The notes beneath the pieces are model-generated. The model did not search any database and was not told the origin of the DNA. It saw nothing but the letters and a program-made list of their open reading frames with translations. A DNA stretch of 64,000 nucleotides, taken from contig CAVUKA010000003.1 in assembly GCA_963741945.1 (NCBI GenBank), positions 691,998 to 755,997 of the forward strand, read 5' to 3'. The position numbers were made by a program, and so were the translations under genes. The stretch's first letter is position 1. Each line of letters begins with the position of its first letter. Shown one piece after another: positions 1 to 7,901 of this stretch. Source of the stretch: an uncultured Gemmatimonadales bacterium. GTDB taxonomy: Bacteria > Gemmatimonadota > Gemmatimonadetes > Longimicrobiales > RSA9.

Positions 1-877
1 CGTACGCCGTGCCCTCGATCTGTTCAGGCGTGCGTGCGCCCACAATGGCCACGTCCACGGAAGGGTGGGCCAGCACCCACGCCACGGCCAGCTGGGCCAC
101 GGTGAGGTCCCGCTCGTCGGCGTACTCCTTAAGCCGATCCACGATGCCCAGGTTGTGCGCGAACACCTCGCCCGTGAACGCGCTGCTCTGGCTCCGCCAG
201 TCGCCATCCGGGAACGTGGTGTCCTCGTCGTACTTCCCGCCCAGCAGCCCATGGGCGAGCGGGCCATAGACGAGCGTGCCGACGCCGTGGGCCTCGCAAT
301 ACGGCAGGATGTGCTTCTCGATGTCGCGCCGGAAGAGGTGGTACGGCGGCTGGAGCGTGTCCAGATCGTGGAACCGCTCGAACGCCAGCATCTGCTTGGC
401 GCTGTAGTTCGACACGCCCACGTACCTCGCCTTCCCCTCGGCAACGAGCTCCGCCAGCGCGTCCGCGGTCTCTTCCGGCGCCACTTCGTCGTCCGGCCAG
501 TGCACCTGGTAGAGGTCGACGTAATCGGTGCCCAGGTGGCGCAGGCTCTCCTCGATCCCCTGCCGCAGCCAGTCGCGGCCCGCGTCGCGGATCATGCCGC
601 CATCCCCCGGCCGCAGCCCCCCCTTCGTGGCGATCACCAGCTCGTCCCGGTGGTTCCGGATCTCAGGCCGGAGCGCATCGGCCAGCAGCGACTCCGACTT
701 CCCGAAGCCGTACGCCTGCGCCGTGTCGAAGAAGTTGATCCCCAGGTCCAGCGCCCGCCGCACGGCCGCCTTCGCGTCGTCCGTGTCCAGGCTGCCCCAG
801 TCGCCGCCGAACTGCCAGCTGCCGAAGCAGATCCGGGAAACCTCGAGGTCCGTCTCGCCCAGCCGAGTGTATTCCAT
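1..877 (-). CDS. Aldo/keto reductase (3' end runs off window)
   Basis: Manual translation from ATG at 877: MEYTRLGETDLEVSRICFGSWQFGGDWG...GINFFDTAQAYGFGKSE...DLYQVHWP. AAAGGA SD upstream. Missing from the ORF track because it is truncated. Confidence 0.93.
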   Translation of the reverse strand, partial: MEYTRLGETDLEVSRICFGSWQFGGDWGSLDTDDAKAAVRRALDLGINFFDTAQAYGFGKSESLLADALRPEIRNHRDELVIATKGGLRPGDGGMIRDAGRDWLRQGIEESLRHLGTDYVDLYQVHWPDDEVAPEETADALAELVAEGKARYVGVSNYSAKQMLAFERFHDLDTLQPPYHLFRRDIEKHILPYCEAHGVGTLVYGPLAHGLLGGKYDEDTTFPDGDWRSQSSAFTGEVFAHNLGIVDRLKEYADERDLTVAQLAVAWVLAHPSVDVAIVGARTPEQIEGTAY

Positions 878-1056
878 CGCCGCCGTTCCTTTCGTTCCGT
901 TCAGGCACCGTTCGACCATTCGACACCGGGAACGCACGCCCCGCGCCGCCCGAGCATCCTCCGCCCGCCCGCATCCTGCGCCGCCGGCGGCCATTCCACA
1001 ACGGTCGGCCCCGATTCGAGCGATGATTCGGGAAACTGCGACCCGCCCCGACGACC

Positions 1057-1240
1057 CCCGAGCGCGATCTGCATCCCAACGCCCCTTGGCGGAACCGGAT
1101 GCCTATCGATCCCGGATCGCGAGCCCAATGTGCATCCGGACCCCACGCCGGCGATGTCCCGATGCACATTTGTCTCGCAATCCGATCGAAAAGGCACACG
1201 CGACCGATCCAGGCGCGTCCAGAAGCACGTTCGTCTCGGA
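1057..1240. repeat. Long imperfect intergenic palindrome (decayed MITE/REP-like element or structured RNA)
   Basis: AATGTGCATC (1127-1136) pairs with GATGCACATT (1161-1170). Pairing extends outward (GCGAG/CTCGC, TCGATC/GATCGA, TGCCT/AGGCA, CCGAG/CTCGG). Flanked by CGATGATTC at 1021-1029 and 1255-1263. Confidence 0.55.
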
Positions 1241-1311
1241 CGCTGGCCGGCCGACGATGATTCCCGGGCTCCCACACCCTCCGCGCCCTGCGGCCCGGGC
1301 TTCGGGGCGCG

Positions 1312-2652
1312 TCAGGCCCCCGCCGGCTCCCCACGACCGCGCCGGACCCCGCGGAGCGTCACCCCCAGGTAGCTCACGCCCGCGAGCCGCCCGGCGACGA
1401 ACGCGGCGAACGCTGCCGTCGCCCCCACCAGTCCGACGCCCCAGCCGAGCGCCACGAACAGCGTCGCCACGCCGGTCACCTCGATGGCTGTGGCGACCGT
1501 AATGGGCCTCGTGCGCCGTTCCTGCACGAGCAGCGCCCGCTGGAAGGAGAGCAGGACCGTGAGCGCGGGCAGGGCGACGACGATGCGGGTCGGGACGATT
1601 GCGAACGCCGCCAGCTCGGGAGTGAGTCCGGACACGGTCACGAACCAGACGTGCGCGAGCGGGGTGAACGCCACCACGGCCATGCCGGCAGTGGCGACGA
1701 TGCCGAGCACCGTCGCGAACCGGGCCAGCTCCGGGAAGTGCTCGTTGCGCCGCCCGAGCAGCGCGATGGCGGCCTCCTGGAAGCTGAGCCCCAGCGCGCG
1801 GAAGAGGAACGAGAGTGAGTGCACCACCGGGAATACGGCGAGCGATTCGATGGGCGAAGGAGCGCGCCCCATGAAGAACGTGAGCATCGGCTGGACGGTC
1901 AGCCCGATGAGCGACGTCAGCGCCAGCGGATAGTAGAACCGGGCGACGTCGTCGTACCCGAGCGCGGGCGCCGCCGGATCCAGGCGGTCGGGCCCCTCGA
2001 GGATCTCCACCACGGTCCGCCGCGCATACAGGAACGCCGCGACCGCCTCGCTCGTCACCCCCATCGACAGCGCCCCCGCGCCCACCCACGCCCCCGGAAA
2101 GCCGGTGAGCGTCGCCAGCAGGAGGGCCGTGACCCCCATTGCCGCCACGCGGATCACCGTGCCGTACGCCACAAGCCGCGTGCGGCCCGAGCGGATGAGC
2201 AGCCCGTGCCGAAAGCGCCGGAATCCGATCGCCCCCGGCCACGGAAGCAGCAGCCAGAGCGCGCCGTACGTGATCGAAGTGATCTCCGGCGGAAGCCCCA
2301 GCCCGCGGCTCATGATCTCATCGTAGACCGGCGGGATCAGCACCAGGACCAGCAGCGCGGTGGCCCCCACGTTCAATGCGTTGGCGAAGTTGCGCAGCTT
2401 GAAATAGCTGTGGCGATCCTCCACCAGCGCCGTGGACGCGCTCATCAGCATGATGACCGGCGACTCCGTCAGCAGCGCGAACGCGAACGCCACGCCGTAC
2501 GCCGCCAGGTTGAACTTCGGGTCCGGGTGCCGCGCGATCACCGCGGCCAGGAACGGCCCCTCCACCCCCATCATGATCCACGTGGCGGCGAGGGGGAGCC
2601 AGAAGAGGAGGATGGAGCGGGCGGAGCGGGGGCGAAGCTGGGAGCGGCTCAC
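1312..2652 (-). CDS. MOP-superfamily (MATE/ANKH-like) multi-TM membrane transporter
   Basis: 446 aa, about 12 hydrophobic segments, two homologous halves starting FWLPLAATW and FYYPLALTS, LAAYGVAF motif. Confidence 0.7.
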   Translation of the reverse strand: MSRSQLRPRSARSILLFWLPLAATWIMMGVEGPFLAAVIARHPDPKFNLAAYGVAFAFALLTESPVIMLMSASTALVEDRHSYFKLRNFANALNVGATALLVLVLIPPVYDEIMSRGLGLPPEITSITYGALWLLLPWPGAIGFRRFRHGLLIRSGRTRLVAYGTVIRVAAMGVTALLLATLTGFPGAWVGAGALSMGVTSEAVAAFLYARRTVVEILEGPDRLDPAAPALGYDDVARFYYPLALTSLIGLTVQPMLTFFMGRAPSPIESLAVFPVVHSLSFLFRALGLSFQEAAIALLGRRNEHFPELARFATVLGIVATAGMAVVAFTPLAHVWFVTVSGLTPELAAFAIVPTRIVVALPALTVLLSFQRALLVQERRTRPITVATAIEVTGVATLFVALGWGVGLVGATAAFAAFVAGRLAGVSYLGVTLRGVRRGRGEPAGA

Positions 2653-2907
2653 GTTCGTTGGAGGCCTGGCATTCGTTTGGGGCCTGGCACCAAAATCCAG
2701 ATTCGGCGGATTTCGCTAGCTTCCGATTTCCGGATCGGCCTCGCCGAGGACGTCGGCGGCTGCCGAAGCGGCTGAGGCGTGGCATAATGGGACGTCAGAG
2801 ACACGCGCGCAGGGGGGCAGGGCGAGAATGTGGAATTTGGAGCCAGGTCCGCGAGGGTGTGAACCAGGTCCGGGACGGTGTCCGCGAGGGTATGGGGGGA
2901 GGGCGGG

Positions 2908-3681
2908 ATGACCAGCAGCCAGCTGCTCCCGCGCGAGCACGGCGCCTATGCCCAGCTCGCGTTCCCCCTCCTCACCGGCCTCGCCCTCGCGCGGTTCGCC
3001 CCCGGCGCCCTCGCTTTCGCGGTCGGGGTGGTGTCCGTCTTCCTGGCTCATGAGCCGGTGGCGATCCTGGCGGGCGTCCGCGGCCCGAGGCTCCGCGACA
3101 AGCTCGCCGCCGCCGCGCACAAGCGCCTGGCATTTCTCGGCGGGGCGGCCATCCTGGCGTTGGTGGCCGCCGCGGGCCTCGCCCCCGGGCGCGCGTGGCT
3201 CGCGGCCGGCGCCCCGGCAGTGCTCGCGGCACCGCTGGCCTCCTTTTTCGGCCGCCGGGCAATCAAGTCCGTGGCGGGGGAAATGCTGGTCGCGGGCGCG
3301 CTGTCCGCGCTGGTGCTCCCGCTGGCTCTCACGACGCCGGTGACTTGGGCGCGCGCGGGCACGGCCGCGCTGGTCTGGATGGGCGCCTACCTGCCTGCCG
3401 TTCTGGCGGTGCACGCCGTCAAAGCCAGGCACCTGCGCCGGGCGCGGCACCCATGGACGCTGTGGGCGACGCCGGTCGCCGCCGCGATCGTGGTCGTGGC
3501 CGCGCTCGTCGCCGCCGCGCTGCTACCGTGGCCCGCGCTGACGACACTGGCCGTCCTGCCGCCCGCGCTGGCCGTCCTCGCCATCGGACTGGCCCCGCCG
3601 CACCCCCGGCACCTGAAGCGGATCGGCTGGGCCATGGTGGCCGCCGACACCCTCGCGCTCGTCCTCGTGCTGGCGCTGTAG
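2908..3681 (+). CDS. YwiC-like membrane protein
   Basis: N-terminal LPREHGAY (YwiC PxxHGAW-type motif), hydrophobic, C-terminal LKRIGW. ATG 2908 follows GGAGG. Confidence 0.75.
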   Translation: MTSSQLLPREHGAYAQLAFPLLTGLALARFAPGALAFAVGVVSVFLAHEPVAILAGVRGPRLRDKLAAAAHKRLAFLGGAAILALVAAAGLAPGRAWLAAGAPAVLAAPLASFFGRRAIKSVAGEMLVAGALSALVLPLALTTPVTWARAGTAALVWMGAYLPAVLAVHAVKARHLRRARHPWTLWATPVAAAIVVVAALVAAALLPWPALTTLAVLPPALAVLAIGLAPPHPRHLKRIGWAMVAADTLALVLVLAL

Positions 3682-3690
3682 CCGCGGGCC

Positions 3691-3812
3691 GCCCATCCAC
3701 GCCCATCCACGCCCATCGGCGCCCCCGGCGCCCCCGGCGCCCCCGGCGCCCCCGGCGCCCCCGGCGCCCCCGGCGCCCCCGGCGCCCCCCGCCCCCGGCG
3801 CCCCCCGCCCCC
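3691..3812. repeat. Tandem repeats between convergent genes: (GCCCATCCAC)x2.7 then (GGCGCCCCC)x8 plus degenerate tail
   Basis: Read directly. 9-bp unit perfect from 3718 to 3789. Confidence 0.95.
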
Positions 3813-3831
3813 TGCCTGACCGCCCTGCCCG

Positions 3832-4596
3832 TCAGTGCAGGCCGAGCGTATACGTACCGACCTCGAAGTTGTAGTAGCTGGTCGCTTCCACGCGGTAGCA
3901 GCCGGGGTCCAGCGTGGTCTGGATCTCCGCGTTGCTCGTGGTGTCGCTGGCGTCGTCGTTGGAGTCGAGCAGGTTCCCGGCCTCGTCGTACAGGGCCAGG
4001 TAGGCGTCGAACTGGCTGGACGCGAGCGTCAGGTCCACTTGCCGGGACTCCGCGAGCGTGAAGTGGTACGGCGCGAAGAAGGCGTAGCCGAGCCACTCGT
4101 CCGAGGAGTCGAGCACGCCGGAGATGTCCTCACCCACCTGGATTTCCGGCAGGTCGGCGCACGTGTACTGGGCATCACCCGCGCCGGTGGGGCAGATCTC
4201 CAGCTGCGACAGGTCCGTGTCCGTGCGGTCCATGGAGATCGTGGAGCCGCCCTCACCCACGGTCAGCTGGTCGGTGGTGGCGCTCAGTGTGATCACGAAC
4301 GTGTCGGCGGCCGTGCCACCGTGCGACTGCAGGGTGTAGCTGTTCCCCGTCTGGCTCACGATATCGTACGCGAATCGGCCAAAGCAGTGGGCGGGGTCTC
4401 CCTGGTAGGTGACGAGCATGTCCTGCGTGATGTCGAAGTAGAGCGTCAGCCCACCGGTCGTGCCCTGCCAGGTGCCGATGATGGACTCGTTGCCGGGCGA
4501 TGGCGACGTGCCGTTGTCGCACGCTCCCAGCGCCAGCGCCGGAACCAGCAGCATGCCCAGGGCCAGCCGCCGGGCGTGGATGTATGGGTTCCTCAA
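3832..4596 (-). CDS. Lipoprotein with C-terminal PPC (pre-peptidase C-terminal) domain
   Basis: Lipobox LGAC. C-terminal FDAYLALYD...SNDD...LDPGCYRVEATSY...GTYTL is typical of PPC. Likely TTG start at 4596 after GGAGG. Confidence 0.75.
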   Translation of the reverse strand: MRNPYIHARRLALGMLLVPALALGACDNGTSPSPGNESIIGTWQGTTGGLTLYFDITQDMLVTYQGDPAHCFGRFAYDIVSQTGNSYTLQSHGGTAADTFVITLSATTDQLTVGEGGSTISMDRTDTDLSQLEICPTGAGDAQYTCADLPEIQVGEDISGVLDSSDEWLGYAFFAPYHFTLAESRQVDLTLASSQFDAYLALYDEAGNLLDSNDDASDTTSNAEIQTTLDPGCYRVEATSYYNFEVGTYTLGLH

Positions 4597-4645
4597 GGGG
4601 CCCTCCGGTGCATTGGGGAGTCGAGAGTCGGTGGGCGCTGGGCCA

Positions 4646-4661
4646 CGCAAGCTCCGGTCCC
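4646..4661 (-). promoter_or_regulatory. Candidate sigma54 -24/-12 promoter
   Basis: Minus strand GG-ACCGGAGCTT-GC (GG-N10-GC with TTGC), 50 nt upstream of the lipoprotein start. Confidence 0.35.
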
Positions 4662-4767
4662 CGCCCCTGTCAACGGTTGATGCGACGGGCCCCTCCCGCC
4701 ACCTTCAGGCGGCGCGACGCGCGGACGGCGTGCGCCGGCCGCAGAAACCGAAGCCGGTGAAGTAGAT

Positions 4768-7074
4768 ATGACGCAGAACATCTCCGCCCGGGTGGCCTCC
4801 GAGCTCGGCCTCTCCACCACGCAGGTGAGCGCTACGCTCCGCCTCTTCGACGAGGGGAGCACCCTCCCGTTCATCGCACGCTACCGGAAGGAGGCCACCG
4901 GGGGTCTCGATGAAGTTCAGCTCCGGGATGTGCGTGACCGCGCGGCCTACCTGACGGAGCTGGAGGAGCGCCGGGCGACGATCCTCGCGTCCATCGAGGA
5001 GCAGGGTAAGCTGGACGCCGTGTTGCGCGCCCGCATCGAGGCGGCGGAGACGAAGCAGGAGCTGGAAGACCTGTACCTGCCGTACAAGCCGAAGCGGCGA
5101 ACGCGCGCGACCATCGCAAGGGAGAAGGGGCTCGAGCCGCTGGCCGACGCGCTCTGGGAGAGCGAGCTGGATGACGACGCTGCCGCGGCCGCCGCCGAGG
5201 GCTACGTCGACGCGGAGAAGGGGGTCGAGACTGCGGCCGACGCCCTCCAGGGGGCGCGCGACATCCTGGCCGAGCGCGTGGCGGAGGACGCCGACCTGCG
5301 CGGCTGGCTGCGGGACGAGACGCGGGCGAAGGGCCTCGTCGTTTCGAAGGTGATCCAGGGCAAGGAGTCCACCACGGAGGCGGCGCGCTTCCGCGACTAC
5401 TTCGACTTCAGCCAGAAGGCCACGGACATCCCGAGCCACCGCATGCTCGCCATCCGGCGGGGCGAGGCGGAGGAAGTGCTGACGTGGTCCATCGAGGCGC
5501 CCGGGGAAGAGCTGCTGGCGGGGGTCGTCGCCCGCGTGGTGCGGGACCGCCCGGCGCGCGCCCAGATGACGCGGGTGGCGGAGGACGCGTTCAGGCGCCT
5601 GCTGACCACGTCGATCCAGACGGAGCTGCGCCTCGAGCTGAAGGACCGCGCCAATGTGGACGCCATTGACATCTTCGGCCGGAACCTCGAGCAGCTCCTG
5701 CTGGCACCGCCCGCCGGCGAGCGTGCGGTGATCGGGCTCGATCCCGGCTTCCGCACGGGCGTGAAAGTGGCCGTGGTGTCGCGCACGGGCGCGCTCCTGG
5801 ACACGGACACGCTCTACCTCCACCAGTCCGACCGCTTCGCCGCCGGGCTGAAAGCGCTCGTCCACAAGCACTCGCCCGACCTCATCGCCATCGGCAACGG
5901 CACGGCTTCCCGCGAGACGGACGAGGCCGTTCGCGGAGCGCTCGACGGCCTCGATGCGTGCCCCGGCATCGTTGTGGTGAACGAGTCCGGCGCCAGCGTC
6001 TATTCCGCTTCCGACATCGCCCGCGACGAGCTCCCGGAGCTGGACGTCTCCCTGCGCGGCGCCGTCTCCATCGCGCGTCGCCTGCAGGACCCGCTGGCGG
6101 AGCTGGTGAAGATCGACCCCAAGTCCATCGGCGTGGGGCAGTACCAGCACGACGTGGATCAGCCGGAGCTGAAGCGCCGCCTCGACGAAGTGGTCCAGAT
6201 CTGCGTGAACCGCGTGGGCGTCGAAGTGAACACCGCGTCCCCATCACTCCTCGCCTACATCGCCGGGCTCGGCCCCACGCTCGCCCGCAACATTGTGGCG
6301 TACCGCGACTCCAAGGGGGGGCTCGGCTCCCGCCGCGAGCTGCTGCAGGTCACGCGTCTCGGGCCCAAGGCCTTCGAGCAGGCCGCCGGCTTCCTGCGCA
6401 TCCGCGCCGCCGAGAACCCGCTCGACCGCACTGCCGTCCATCCCGAGCGCTACGACCTGGTCCAGCGCATGGCTGCGGATGTCGGCGTCGCGCTTGACGA
6501 CCTGGTGGAGAACGAGGCCGCCGTGTCGCAGATCCGGCTCGACCGCTACGTCTCCGACGACGTGGGGCGCCCCACCCTCGAGGACATCCTCGACGAGCTC
6601 CGCCGCCCCGGCCGCGACCCCCGGGCCACGTTCGAAGCGCCCTCCTTCCGCGAGGACGTCAAGGAGGTGAAGGACCTGCAGAAGGGGATGCAGCTCGACG
6701 GTGTGGTCACCAACGTCGTGGCATTCGGCGCGTTCGTGGACATCGGCGTCCACCAGGACGGCCTCGTCCACGTCTCCCAGCTCGCCGACCGCTTCATCAA
6801 GGACCCCGCCGACGTGGTCCACGTGGGCGACCGGGTGAAAGTCACCGTCATCTCCGTCGACCTGGAGCGGAACCGGATCGGGCTCTCCATGAAGTCCGAC
6901 CCCTTCGCAGAACCCGGCCAGCGGACGGGCGGCAGCGCCGGCACCGACGCCGGCGGCAGGAACGAAGGCAAGGGCGCCCGCTCCGGTCGGGGTCGCTCCG
7001 GCCGGGGGCGCGGGAAGAAGCCGGCGGTGCCGAAGCCGGGCACGGTGGCGCCGAACGGGATCCGCTTCACCTGA
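4768..7074 (+). CDS. tex: Tex family RNA-binding transcriptional accessory protein
   Basis: PFIARYRKEATG, LDPGFRTGVK, IGNGTASRET, VNESGASVYSAS, GVGQYQHDV, C-terminal S1 domain FGAFVDIGVHQDGLVHVS. Confidence 0.97.
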   Translation: MTQNISARVASELGLSTTQVSATLRLFDEGSTLPFIARYRKEATGGLDEVQLRDVRDRAAYLTELEERRATILASIEEQGKLDAVLRARIEAAETKQELEDLYLPYKPKRRTRATIAREKGLEPLADALWESELDDDAAAAAAEGYVDAEKGVETAADALQGARDILAERVAEDADLRGWLRDETRAKGLVVSKVIQGKESTTEAARFRDYFDFSQKATDIPSHRMLAIRRGEAEEVLTWSIEAPGEELLAGVVARVVRDRPARAQMTRVAEDAFRRLLTTSIQTELRLELKDRANVDAIDIFGRNLEQLLLAPPAGERAVIGLDPGFRTGVKVAVVSRTGALLDTDTLYLHQSDRFAAGLKALVHKHSPDLIAIGNGTASRETDEAVRGALDGLDACPGIVVVNESGASVYSASDIARDELPELDVSLRGAVSIARRLQDPLAELVKIDPKSIGVGQYQHDVDQPELKRRLDEVVQICVNRVGVEVNTASPSLLAYIAGLGPTLARNIVAYRDSKGGLGSRRELLQVTRLGPKAFEQAAGFLRIRAAENPLDRTAVHPERYDLVQRMAADVGVALDDLVENEAAVSQIRLDRYVSDDVGRPTLEDILDELRRPGRDPRATFEAPSFREDVKEVKDLQKGMQLDGVVTNVVAFGAFVDIGVHQDGLVHVSQLADRFIKDPADVVHVGDRVKVTVISVDLERNRIGLSMKSDPFAEPGQRTGGSAGTDAGGRNEGKGARSGRGRSGRGRGKKPAVPKPGTVAPNGIRFT

Positions 7075-7098
7075 CGCGCGATCGGGTGGGGCGCGGGA

Positions 7099-7127
7099 TT
7101 GACCGGGGGCGCGCGGGCGCGTAGCCT
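7099..7127 (+). promoter_or_regulatory. Sigma70-type promoter
   Basis: TTGACC-17 nt-TAGCCT upstream of ATG 7170. Confidence 0.55.
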
Positions 7128-7169
7128 GGACGGAGCAGGCGTCCGCTCCCCTTCGATCCGGCTGCTACC

Positions 7170-7583
7170 ATGAAAGTGCTCCGACTCACCCGCCGCCCCG
7201 GGTCCCTGGCCGTGGTCACCGCCGCGCTCCTCCTGGCCGCATGCAACCCGCTGGACCTGGGTCACAACACCGTGACTCTCGAGGTCGACAGCGAGGACGG
7301 CTCCGCCGTCCGCCTCATCACGTCCTACGACTTCAGCATCTACTACGAGCAGACCGGGCAGGAGCAGTTCGTCCTGAGCGACGCGGACACCACGTGGGTC
7401 GATACGCCGTTCAGTCACGATTACGAGCTTTCCCGCACCGGCCGCTTCTACGCCCGCGCCATGGAAGCCGAGAACCCGCAAGCGAGCGTGTCGCTGCGCG
7501 CGCTCGTGGATGGGAATGAGATCTTCTTCCGGGATGTGGTCCTTACTGGCGACGGAACCCAGTTCTACTACCGGCAGCGCTGA
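7170..7583 (+). CDS. Hypothetical lipoprotein
   Basis: Lipobox LAAC, beta-rich body, coding-like codon usage. Confidence 0.75.
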   Translation: MKVLRLTRRPGSLAVVTAALLLAACNPLDLGHNTVTLEVDSEDGSAVRLITSYDFSIYYEQTGQEQFVLSDADTTWVDTPFSHDYELSRTGRFYARAMEAENPQASVSLRALVDGNEIFFRDVVLTGDGTQFYYRQR

Positions 7584-7620
7584 CCCCCCCCACCTGCGTC
7601 CGGGACACGCTCCACATTGC

Positions 7621-7650
7621 TTGACAGGCCTTCCGTCCGGCTCATATCTT
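7621..7650 (+). promoter_or_regulatory. Sigma70-type promoter for SusC/D locus
   Basis: Perfect TTGACA (7621-7626), 18 nt, TATCTT (7645-7650). Confidence 0.6.
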
Positions 7651-7790
7651 GGGCCTCAACCTGCCGAAATCGATGACCAAAGGGCCGGTTCACCTTCCCC
7701 CCGCCGTCGGGCGCGAGCCAGCGGCGTGCGTGGCCCGCCCTCATAGCAGCTCTAAATAGAAAGCGTTCTCTCCCGGCCAAGGAGGTCACC

Positions 7791-7817
7791 ATGCGTGGCG
7801 TTCTCGTCCCGCCTTAG
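7791..7817 (+). promoter_or_regulatory. Putative leader peptide (uORF) MRGVLVPP*
   Basis: AAGGAGGT SD at 7779-7786, then ATG CGT GGC GTT CTC GTC CCG CCT TAG. Lies within the roughly 245-nt leader of susC. Confidence 0.55.
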
Positions 7818-7901
7818 TCGTTGTGTATCGTCCCGGCACACGGATGTCCCCTGCCCCGCCCCTGGGTAGGTCCGGAGCATCATCCCCCATTGGAGGCGTT
7901 T

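Noticed and set aside
3691-3812. Possible CRISPR array
   Set aside because: Contiguous 9-10 bp units with no spacers and no cas genes.
7651-7901. Cobalamin or TPP riboswitch ahead of the TonB-dependent receptor
   Set aside because: No B12-box or TPP core motifs recognised by eye. An Rfam scan would be needed to exclude this fully.
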